From a virus, in the IMG/VR virus record IMGVR_UViG_3300027754_005796, positions 32,001-96,000 of that record: a DNA stretch of 64,000 nt, one strand, 5' to 3'. Positions 56,187 through 64,000 of the stretch are shown piece by piece. Below the pieces are notes generated by a model. The model was given only the letters and a program-made list of their open reading frames with translations, did not search any database and was not told the DNA's origin. Each line of letters opens with the position of its first letter. The stretch's first letter is position 1. A program made the translations under genes and the position numbers.

Positions 56187-56996
56187 ATGCAGTATCGATT
56201 TTTTGTTGGTCAGGATTTGGTGTTTCAGAACCAGAAGGTCGTGGTTCGTAGACTTGGCGCAACAACGAATGGTCAACCAAAATATTTTTGCGAGGTTGGC
56301 GAAGCATCCCTTACAATGTGGATTCCCGAGCCACAACTGGATGTTGGTCCTGCGGTTGGGCCAGCAGCGGTCTCGTATAACAGGCGTATGCCTCATCTTT
56401 GCATCGTTGATAATTTCTACAAGAATCCCGATGAGATTCGTGCATTCGCACTTGAGCAAGAGTATGAAAGCGATCTTCGCTTTTATAAAGGCAAAAGAAC
56501 TAAGGACAGGTTTTTGTGGGGTTTCTTGAAGGAGGAGTTTGAAAGGCTTTTAGGCCGATCAATTGTTGACTGGCTTGAACAGCCTGCAAATGGTTGTTTT
56601 CAAACTACAGGATATGATGATCCTCTTGTGTACCACAGCGATGTGCAAAGCTACGCTGCTGCCATTTATCTCAGCCCTCATGCTCCAGTAAGCGCAGGCA
56701 CTAGTTTCTGGCAGGACAAGAAATATCATGCTCGTCGTCCAACCAATCATCCTTTGGAGTTTGAGCGTTATCCCAACGATCAAGCACGCATGGATGCCCT
56801 GAACGAGATTTATACGGCTTACAACATTACTCATCCAGACAACTGGGAGCTTGTTGATAAGGTAGGCGCTGTTTACAATCGATTGGCCATCTGGGATGCC
56901 CAATTGATTCATTCTGCAAGCACATACGAAGGTCTTAGTAGTGAAGTAGCTGCTCAGGGCCGTCTTGTGCAGTTGTTCTTCTTTACGGTGCGTTGA
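56187..56996 (+). CDS. 2OG-Fe(II) oxygenase-like protein (DUF6445-type)
   Basis: IVDNFY.NPD.IR.FAL, YHSD, AAIYL.P, GTSF, YNRL, HSA, RLVQLFFF. Confidence 0.8.
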   Translation: MQYRFFVGQDLVFQNQKVVVRRLGATTNGQPKYFCEVGEASLTMWIPEPQLDVGPAVGPAAVSYNRRMPHLCIVDNFYKNPDEIRAFALEQEYESDLRFYKGKRTKDRFLWGFLKEEFERLLGRSIVDWLEQPANGCFQTTGYDDPLVYHSDVQSYAAAIYLSPHAPVSAGTSFWQDKKYHARRPTNHPLEFERYPNDQARMDALNEIYTAYNITHPDNWELVDKVGAVYNRLAIWDAQLIHSASTYEGLSSEVAAQGRLVQLFFFTVR

Positions 56997-57007
56997 AATT
57001 GAGGCGT

Positions 57008-57041
57008 TGTCGCTGCAAGAGACCTCTTGCAGCGACACTTT
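57008..57041 (+). terminator. hairpin, probable terminator
   Basis: tgtcgctgcaaga-gacc-tcttgcagcgaca, 13-bp stem. Confidence 0.7.
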
Positions 57042-57057
57042 TATGTTAAGGTCTCCT

Positions 57058-57630
57058 ATGTATTCTTGGCAGTCTGCACTAGAGTTAGTTGCTAATTATT
57101 ACAAAATAAATCAAGATTTGCTTAGAACTGTTTCCATTCCTCTTCCTGTTTTGGAAGACCTCAAACCATATTTTTCTGGCAATGGTTTGCAAATAGGTGG
57201 TTTCGTTGGTTTGACGCACTTGTACATTGCCAACCATTTGAAAAGCATTGGTGGCACCATTTGCACGATTGATCCAAATCTTATGCACGAAGATGTTAGC
57301 AATTGTTTTAACATAATGTCTTTCTTGACTATGAAATATAAACTTCATACAAATTCTTTGTTGGTTTGTGGATATTCTGATCCACAAATAAAAATTTTGC
57401 ATCAAATGGGTGCAAGGTGTGATTTTGTTTTAGTAGATGGATACCATGATAGAACAAATGTTGAAAGAGATGTGGAACTAGCTGATCAAATTTTGAAAAA
57501 TGGTGGCCATTTAATTTTAGATGATATTGATTTTTGGAAAGAACCAAGAGATTATTACAACAATTTCTCATTAGATGGTTACGAGAAAATCCCTTGCAAT
57601 CCCCGAGTAGGACTGCTGAAAAAACTTTAG
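57058..57630 (+). CDS. class I SAM methyltransferase (Methyltransf_24-like)
   Basis: LQIGGFVG, TIDP, DFVLVDGYH, LKNGGHLILDD. Confidence 0.8.
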   Translation: MYSWQSALELVANYYKINQDLLRTVSIPLPVLEDLKPYFSGNGLQIGGFVGLTHLYIANHLKSIGGTICTIDPNLMHEDVSNCFNIMSFLTMKYKLHTNSLLVCGYSDPQIKILHQMGARCDFVLVDGYHDRTNVERDVELADQILKNGGHLILDDIDFWKEPRDYYNNFSLDGYEKIPCNPRVGLLKKL

Positions 57631-57774
57631 GAGTGGAAGTTGACCAGATCGGAGGAGTGGATGATAACTCTGATGCTGATTCTGGTAACCATCATAGGTC
57701 CACTAATTTACCTGTTTATTTGGAAAAAATACATAGACGATTGATTTCTGCATAAATTTTGCATTTTTAACACA

Positions 57775-58017
57775 TTAGACAAGTTCAAGCACTTTTGGCT
57801 CTTTTCCAATATATGTCTCATAGCAAGCTATGGCTTTCGAGCCCGTGAGTGTAAAAACATCTCCGTGACGCAGAGGATTTTTCCAGTAAGGAATTAAAAC
57901 CTCTGCGCTTTGCAAAGCAAGTATGATGTTTTCCATTGAGTTGGGCAGAGTTTGGCTGCTCAAAGCTATTGGATCGATGGTATTGACCCGAAATGTGTAT
58001 TTCGGGTGATTGTTCAT
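57775..58017 (-). CDS. small protein homologous to the C-terminal domain of 58031-58885
   Basis: PKYTFRVNTIDP...NIILAL...LRHGDVFTLTG versus PKITFKVKTYDP...NIIKAL...LKHDDTFVLYG. Confidence 0.7.
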   Translation of the reverse strand: MNNHPKYTFRVNTIDPIALSSQTLPNSMENIILALQSAEVLIPYWKNPLRHGDVFTLTGSKAIACYETYIGKEPKVLELV

Positions 58018-58030
58018 GTTTTGTATCAAC

Positions 58031-58885
58031 CTACACTTCCTCTTCTGGGACAATCTCAACTACACTCCATCCGCTGTTCAATTGTGGCAATTGATTTTTT
58101 AGGTCAAGTGCCGTTTTGCCATAAAGAACAAAAGTGTCATCGTGCTTCAAAGCATAATCAACATGAGGTAGCCATACTGTTTGTTCTTTTAGAGCTTTGA
58201 TAATATTGTCTAAATTGCCGTCTGGGGACAAAGTGCCTGCGAGCAATGATGGATCGTAGGTTTTGACCTTGAATGTGATTTTCGGCAAAGGATAATTAGT
58301 AGTTTCTGCTTCAATTTGCAAGTATGTAAAATATCCAGTATTTGAATCATCGGCATCGGCATCAAAACCAATGCGATAGGGACCGGCTGGAAGCCTTTCG
58401 TTGAGGGTGTAGGTTGCAAGCAGAGTGTTATTTGTACTTGTTCCTTCGTACACTTCTGTAATAACTCTTGAGTTTGCGGGTGTGTAAACCACTTTAAAAG
58501 TGAATGGAACACCGCCCTCTCCTAAGTTGATACCCCCTTCAGATGTTGTTAGACCATTAACTTCAACATCATCGCAATTCATGTTTACTGAAATTCTGCT
58601 ATTGCATGGTTCAAAGTCCCAACCCGGTTCTACTCCGGTGTTGAAAAAACACATGCCTTGATCCGTGCAAGAATCTTGAATTATCGTGTAAATTACCGTG
58701 ACTAGGCTTTCAGAAGGAATGTCATAATTCAGTCTGATTGGAAATGAAACACCACCACAGTTACCGGCAGTTCCAGAGAAGAACATGCCTGTGCCATCAA
58801 ATCCGTAGTCAACTCCTACTGTGTTTTTGTTGTCAGTTGCATAATAGCTCAGCCAGTCTGGCTTAGATGTAAGATTGCTTTGCAT
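58031..58885 (-). CDS. beta-rich (lectin-like) protein, possibly virion-associated
   Basis: Gly/Thr/aromatic beta pattern plus shared C-terminal domain; TAAATA upstream. Confidence 0.6.
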   Translation of the reverse strand: MQSNLTSKPDWLSYYATDNKNTVGVDYGFDGTGMFFSGTAGNCGGVSFPIRLNYDIPSESLVTVIYTIIQDSCTDQGMCFFNTGVEPGWDFEPCNSRISVNMNCDDVEVNGLTTSEGGINLGEGGVPFTFKVVYTPANSRVITEVYEGTSTNNTLLATYTLNERLPAGPYRIGFDADADDSNTGYFTYLQIEAETTNYPLPKITFKVKTYDPSLLAGTLSPDGNLDNIIKALKEQTVWLPHVDYALKHDDTFVLYGKTALDLKNQLPQLNSGWSVVEIVPEEEV

Positions 58886-58936
58886 TTTGTACCTCAGAGA
58901 ACTTATAATTTATTTATTCAACTATTTGAGGTTTTT

Positions 58937-59494
58937 ATGGGCTGTCTGGAAACTTTGAGTGTTATTTGCTTTGATGTAGGCGCACTTAAAAATCAATACG
59001 GTTGTTCCGTCTTCGTTGAAACGGGCTGTTATCTGGGCACTTCTTTGCGATTTGCTTTGACTTTAGGCTTTAAAAAGGTGTTGAGTTGCGACATAGTAAA
59101 AGCAAATATTGATCATTGTTTGACTAAATTTCAGGACCCTTCTCTTGAAATTTATCATCTTCTTTCTGTTGATTTTCTAGAAAAAATTCTACCACAACTG
59201 GCAGACGAGCATTCGATCATGTTTTGGCTTGATGCCCATTTGCCAGACAATCGTCTTGGTCAAAAATACGATTTGCCTTTGGAAGAGGAGTTCGCCATCA
59301 TCAACAAATATCGTCCAAATCAGCCAGATGTGGTTTGTGTGGATGATTTAAGAATCTACGAGGATGGGAATTACTCGGGCGGTAGCTGGGATCGTGGAGA
59401 TTACAATAATTTAAGCTTATCTTTCTTGGAAAAATACAACTACAGCATTCAGAAGTTCTATCACGAAGAGGGTTATATGGTGATTACACGCTGA
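58937..59494 (+). CDS. methyltransferase-like protein
   Basis: VFVETGCYLG.S, FWLDAH, VDDLR. Confidence 0.75.
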   Translation: MGCLETLSVICFDVGALKNQYGCSVFVETGCYLGTSLRFALTLGFKKVLSCDIVKANIDHCLTKFQDPSLEIYHLLSVDFLEKILPQLADEHSIMFWLDAHLPDNRLGQKYDLPLEEEFAIINKYRPNQPDVVCVDDLRIYEDGNYSGGSWDRGDYNNLSLSFLEKYNYSIQKFYHEEGYMVITR

Positions 59495-60461
59495 TTTTGT
59501 CGTACCAGTATTTCAAAAGGTCTGCGAGAGTTTTGTCGATGGAGTAACTTGCAGACCATTCGGTGTCTCTGACCAACTCAGTCGAATCGCCGTGTTGGTA
59601 GTGGATGTCTATCGGTCGGTAAAATTGTGGATTAATTTCTTTTTTTACATCTTTTAGACCGCTAATTTCGATTAGCTTATCAGTAAAGAATCCCATCTTG
59701 TGGGGTTCATCTCCGCAAACATTGTAAACATGCGAAAGATTCGAGTTCGCCATAGCCAGATAGTAGGCGTTTACCGTGTCTCGAACATCTATGACCACAC
59801 GGACTGATTCAAGATTTCCGACTTGAAGGGTCTTGTCTTGTACGCCTCTCATCATTCTTGCAATTTGAAAAGCATCGGATGAAATGCTGAAGTTTTTTCC
59901 TCGGCGTGGTCCTGTGTGGCTAAAAGCTCTGGTGATGAAGCCTTTGATTTTTTTGTTGGCAATTCTTTCTTGCATGTACAGATCGGTTGCAGCTTTGGAT
60001 ACACCGTAGGGGTTTGCTGGCAAAATTGAGTCTTTAGTGGTGATTTTTCTGCCATCAAGTCCTATGTTCCCGTACACTTCGCTTGTAGAGCAAAACATCA
60101 ACTTGCAGTTTGGTTGATAATCGGAGATGGATTGGATCAAGTTTGCAGAACCTGTGACATTTTCTTCCATAGTGCCCACAGGATCGACAAAACTAGTGGG
60201 AGGGTGTGATTGTGCAGCAAGATGAAATACCCCGTCAAATTGATTTTTCAAGAAAATTTGATTGAGCATTCTTGCATTTTTTAAATCGGCATATACAAAT
60301 TTAATTGCTTGGAAAACTTCATCTTTAACCACATCACGAATGTCGTTTTCTCGACCGTTGCTGCAACGGACTAGTCCATAGATTTGATGGTGGTTTTCAT
60401 GCAGCAAGTTGGCAAGATGCGGGCCTGCAAAACCTGTGATGCCTGTGATAAGGAATTTCAT
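59484..60461 (-). CDS. GDP-mannose 4,6-dehydratase / GDP-6-deoxy-hexulose reductase (SDR)
   Basis: LITGITGFAG, HLAAQSH, STSEVYG, PYGVSK, GNLES.R, RP.D. Confidence 0.9.
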   Translation of the reverse strand: MKFLITGITGFAGPHLANLLHENHHQIYGLVRCSNGRENDIRDVVKDEVFQAIKFVYADLKNARMLNQIFLKNQFDGVFHLAAQSHPPTSFVDPVGTMEENVTGSANLIQSISDYQPNCKLMFCSTSEVYGNIGLDGRKITTKDSILPANPYGVSKAATDLYMQERIANKKIKGFITRAFSHTGPRRGKNFSISSDAFQIARMMRGVQDKTLQVGNLESVRVVIDVRDTVNAYYLAMANSNLSHVYNVCGDEPHKMGFFTDKLIEISGLKDVKKEINPQFYRPIDIHYQHGDSTELVRDTEWSASYSIDKTLADLLKYWYDKISV

Positions 60462-61177
60462 TCTTTTGCGCCTATGAGTCTTTCAAATGATTCAATATAC
60501 AGGAGTTTTCCTTTTCTGTTTTTGTAGTAGTGCTTTTCAAATGAGTATTCGATTGGTTTGTTGTCCCAGTTTGTCATACTATCTTCCCATATGACAAAAT
60601 GAGATTTATTTAGCAGGTCTGCAATATTTGATACACCTGTGAAAGTCGAAACAAAAGGCATCTCGGATTTTGCGATGATGTAAGTGTTGGTCAGTAAGTC
60701 TAAATTGAAATCGATAAAATTAAAATTTTGTAAATGCCCGAAGATTTCCGATCTTCTTCTGTTGTCAGTCTCTTGGCTCCTTGACCACCTATCTCCAACA
60801 TAAAATCCGGGTTTCACTTCGATGTTTGAATTTGGGTATTTGAGCAGAAATTCATCATCAACATCAAAATCCAACCCGTAATTATCTTTCAAAAAGTTTT
60901 CGTATCGACAGGTTTCAATCGGGCGAATATCTGAGTTTTTATCCTCACGGGTCAACGAATTGAGTTTCAAGAATTCTGTTGTTTCAATTTCATCGTCAAA
61001 GTTGACTGAGTTGAAAATATTTTGATATAACAAAAATTCTTTGATTCCTTTGAATTTCCTCATGGAATTCAATATGCAAAGATCAAGTTTGCCAATTTTT
61101 TTACTCAAGCCCGACAGCACGGGAATTGAGTTGAGAAAGTCGCCAAGATTGCCAATAGGATTAATGTATAAGCGCAT
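60458..61177 (-). CDS. GT9-like glycosyltransferase homolog
   Basis: GNLGDFLN..PVL, FVSTFTGVS.IA. Confidence 0.6.
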   Translation of the reverse strand: MRLYINPIGNLGDFLNSIPVLSGLSKKIGKLDLCILNSMRKFKGIKEFLLYQNIFNSVNFDDEIETTEFLKLNSLTREDKNSDIRPIETCRYENFLKDNYGLDFDVDDEFLLKYPNSNIEVKPGFYVGDRWSRSQETDNRRRSEIFGHLQNFNFIDFNLDLLTNTYIIAKSEMPFVSTFTGVSNIADLLNKSHFVIWEDSMTNWDNKPIEYSFEKHYYKNRKGKLLYIESFERLIGAKE

Positions 61178-61955
61178 TGAAATCCTTGAATGCAACAAAC
61201 CAGTTTTCTGTTGGATGAATCTCAAACAATTCGGGTTGTGTCAACCAAGATTTTAAAAGAAGTGATTGATCATCATCTATCAAGTTGTTGGACATGAGTT
61301 CGTTCATGTTGTGGAAGAAGAGACGATCTAATTCTTTCCACAGCCTTTTACCAGCAACGATGCATGGTCCTGTGACATAAACTAAATTATTTGCGATAAT
61401 AGACAGATGATCGGTTCCATCATAGTCTTGAACGGTGAATAGATGTATTTTTTCAGGATTGAAAGGATAGCTCCAAGTTTTGACACCGTTTAGAGTTCGC
61501 TCATCTCGACAGTAACCGAAATCAAGCCATGCGACCAAATCGTGGCTTGTCGTGCCGAATTCTATGGCTGTTTTTGCGAATCTTGATTTCAGGGCGTTGA
61601 CAAGCACATAGTCAGGGTTCCAATACTCTGGATTGTGTAATTGATTAGGGCTTATTTTGGAAATGAAAAAATCTGATTTTTGAATTTGTTCTATTTGGAC
61701 ACGCAAATCCATACAGATTTTTTCAAATTCTATACAAATAACATTCGTCTTGCGATCCCCTCTTAGTGCTCGAACTGCTGGCGCAAGTTCTTCTGAGGTG
61801 AAGACGGTCATGTCGTTTTCAAGACGAGCAAGAATTTCAAATCTTTGAAAATATGTGTCGGTTGTTCTGTGTAGATATTCTGGCAGAGATTTTTGGTCTT
61901 TCCAAGTTCCACGACCGATGTCAAAAAAAGCCGTTACTATGCTAATTCCGTTCAT
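61161..61955 (-). CDS. HtrL/YibB (WlaTC)-family protein
   Basis: IVTAFFDIGRG.W, PEY...Y, AWLDFG, DDDQ. Confidence 0.85.
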   Translation of the reverse strand: MNGISIVTAFFDIGRGTWKDQKSLPEYLHRTTDTYFQRFEILARLENDMTVFTSEELAPAVRALRGDRKTNVICIEFEKICMDLRVQIEQIQKSDFFISKISPNQLHNPEYWNPDYVLVNALKSRFAKTAIEFGTTSHDLVAWLDFGYCRDERTLNGVKTWSYPFNPEKIHLFTVQDYDGTDHLSIIANNLVYVTGPCIVAGKRLWKELDRLFFHNMNELMSNNLIDDDQSLLLKSWLTQPELFEIHPTENWFVAFKDFNALIH

Positions 61956-62680
61956 CAGTAGTGGTCCTTATAATTGTGGAGGATTTCAATATTATCAGGT
62001 AAAGATGCTATGTCAAATGGCATCACTAAAGGAAAGTTATTGTAGAGTTTGTCGTTTTGCACTAAGGTTTTGCCACAAAGCATGTAAAACACGCACATCA
62101 TGCAATCCATCCATCCAATGGTTTTATAAATGCGTTGTTGGATAAAGTCAAAATTCGTTTTAAGAAAATGTCGCACATGAAAATAATTTTCAACGAATGT
62201 TTTGGTTTTGAAGATTGATCCACCACCTGTGGTGTAGTAGTCGTGAATCGGCTTTACTCCTGAAAAAGTGTGCATGATGTTTAAAAATTCTGGTGGCATC
62301 TGTGGTACTTGCCCCTCATAAAGCCGCATTTGGCCGACGCATTCCCATTCTGGTTGGAGAGTGACGGGCCTCATTAGAATAATATCATCTTCCAGCATCA
62401 TGAAAAACTCAGTATTGAGAAGCGTGACTCCTCTGTACATCCGATCCAACCATTCAATAATTTGATTTTTGTTCCAGCCCCATTCTGTCGTTGGATATCC
62501 GATAGTTGTTGTGTTATGGTGATAAAGAACATTAAGTTCTTTACACATATCTGTGAAGTCGAAACCATTGTCGCACGAAATTACAATTGGATTGTCGGGA
62601 TAAATTTTACGAACACTCTCAAGGCATCCACGAGTGGCCTTGGGTTTTGTGTTCACATGGTTATAAAAGCCTAATTGCAT
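61955..62680 (-). CDS. glycosyltransferase-like protein (GT-A fold)
   Basis: SVRKIYPD..I.ISCDNG.D, MLEDD, GGSIF. Confidence 0.7.
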   Translation of the reverse strand: MQLGFYNHVNTKPKATRGCLESVRKIYPDNPIVISCDNGFDFTDMCKELNVLYHHNTTTIGYPTTEWGWNKNQIIEWLDRMYRGVTLLNTEFFMMLEDDIILMRPVTLQPEWECVGQMRLYEGQVPQMPPEFLNIMHTFSGVKPIHDYYTTGGGSIFKTKTFVENYFHVRHFLKTNFDFIQQRIYKTIGWMDCMMCVFYMLCGKTLVQNDKLYNNFPLVMPFDIASLPDNIEILHNYKDHY

Positions 62681-62696
62681 GGAATATTTCCTTTAA

Positions 62697-63254
62697 CTAT
62701 TTTTTCCAAATAGCAAATATATTGCTGTCGGTGTGTTTTGTATGGTTTGAATTATACTGATGTGTAAATGCGTGATCTTTGCAAAAGTTTTTGAATAGAT
62801 CGACAAAACTTGGATCTTGTATGTCTTCTATGACCAATACTCCACCATTTTTCAATTTGGGTAAATAAAGATCCAAGCATTTGATTTGGTGTTCGACAAG
62901 ATGCGATCCATCATCTATAATGATGTCAAATTCTGGAAGTCCTTGCGCAAAAACATTTTGATAAGCATCTGCTGCAAAAATGTAGCAATTTTTAATATTT
63001 TTGTGCACATCTTCGACGGAATCTTGTATGTCAACGCCATAGATTTCCGCTAATGGAAAGTAGTCTCTCCAAAGAGCAAGGCTGCTCCCGGCAGCAATTC
63101 CTATTTCAAGAAGTTTAATTCTTTTGTTGTGAAATTTAAAAAAGCAAGGATCGTAAAAGGTTGAGCAGTATTGATGCCTAGACTCTTTGTCACAGCCTAC
63201 ATGATTTTCGGTTTTGTAGTTTTCATTAGCCAGCAAAAGCTCCACAAGAGTCAC
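62697..63254 (-). CDS. class I SAM methyltransferase
   Basis: LLEIGI..G.SL..W.DYF, GVDI, FDIIIDDGSH, GGVLVIED; GTG start at 63254 by GTGA coupling. Confidence 0.88.
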   Translation of the reverse strand: MTLVELLLANENYKTENHVGCDKESRHQYCSTFYDPCFFKFHNKRIKLLEIGIAAGSSLALWRDYFPLAEIYGVDIQDSVEDVHKNIKNCYIFAADAYQNVFAQGLPEFDIIIDDGSHLVEHQIKCLDLYLPKLKNGGVLVIEDIQDPSFVDLFKNFCKDHAFTHQYNSNHTKHTDSNIFAIWKK

Positions 63255-63319
63255 ATCAACCTCTCTTTCCAAATTTTTGGAGTGAGTTTGTTCATGATTT
63301 CAATGTATTCGACACTCAC
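63251..63319 (-). pseudogene. 22-codon remnant duplicating the epimerase C-terminus
   Basis: VSVEYIEIMNKLTPKIWKERLM* versus upstream LEIQNDLTPKVWKDRLL*. Confidence 0.7.
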
Positions 63320-64000
63320 AGCAATCTATCCTTCCAAACTTTCGGCGTTAGATCATTTTGAATTTCGAGAGGGTATGTGTAGTCAAATTCCTTTACGCCA
63401 CGATTTTTGATATATTTTATTGTTTCTTCAACTCCTGTTGAAAGTAAAGTTTTAGTTTCATAGCCCAAATACTTTTTGGCTTTGTCGCTGCTGCAAGTTG
63501 CATATTTAACTTCTCTTGGACGATCAGGCATGTATATGGCCGTGCCTTGAAAACCGGTTTTTTCCATAATTATTTTTGCTAGTTCGTTAATTGTGGTCGC
63601 TTCTTCGTCTGGTCCTATATTGAAGATATCATTTTTTATATTATTGTTAAAAGCTAATTGTTCCAAACAATATACACAATCATCAATATAGGAGAAGCAG
63701 CGCATTTGATTGCCATCTCCATAGATGATCGGAGGCTTTCCTTGCAGGCACCTGTTGATCATAATACTCATAACATTTCTAAAAGGATCGTCGTACCTTT
63801 GTCGAGGTCCTACGATGTTGTGAGGCACAGCAATATTCCATTCAATTCCGTTGAGATTGCAAAGATTCTTAAGAACATCTTCTCCAGCAACTTTGGCTAT
63901 TCCGTATGGGTCTACGGGAGCAGGATTCATGCTTTCTGAAAAAGGATGTGCTTGTGATCCATATCTTGCCATTGATGAGCAATAAACAATCTTTTTTACT
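63316..64000 (-). CDS. NAD-dependent epimerase/dehydratase (5' end outside the window)
   Basis: VYCSSMARYG, PYGIAK, HNIVGP, YGDG.Q.R.FSY.DD; frame open to the edge. Confidence 0.92.
   Translation of the reverse strand, partial: VKKIVYCSSMARYGSQAHPFSESMNPAPVDPYGIAKVAGEDVLKNLCNLNGIEWNIAVPHNIVGPRQRYDDPFRNVMSIMINRCLQGKPPIIYGDGNQMRCFSYIDDCVYCLEQLAFNNNIKNDIFNIGPDEEATTINELAKIIMEKTGFQGTAIYMPDRPREVKYATCSSDKAKKYLGYETKTLLSTGVEETIKYIKNRGVKEFDYTYPLEIQNDLTPKVWKDRLL

Overview
This AT-rich, gene-dense 64-kb segment looks like the interior of a large lytic (jumbo, T4-like myovirus-type) bacteriophage genome. The host is not determinable with confidence; a few secreted proteins look Planctomycete-like. Contents: nucleotide metabolism (thyX, dut); a DNA polymerase III alpha (DnaE) split into two separate genes; a host-like prkA-yeaH-spoVR module, with two homing inteins in SpoVR; PhoH with an Ala-1 (class 3-type) intein; a translation/proteostasis kit (tmRNA, bS21, IF-3, peptide deformylase, GroES, DnaJ); a sigma factor; many glycan-modification genes; probable virion proteins; and a family of small proteins with T4-style N-terminal capsid-targeting-like motifs. 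The most unusual signal is a 41-nt GC-rich hairpin insertion that breaks the frame in the middle of the conserved HLHLHTD|FSTLDG motif of the DnaE PHP domain, with both flanks intact. This implies recoding (ribosomal bypass, mini-intron or frameshift) unless it is an assembly or inactivation artefact. A multi-stem candidate ncRNA upstream of phoH and several catalytically dead enzyme homologs also merit follow-up. All functional calls come from motif recognition by eye; no database search was run.
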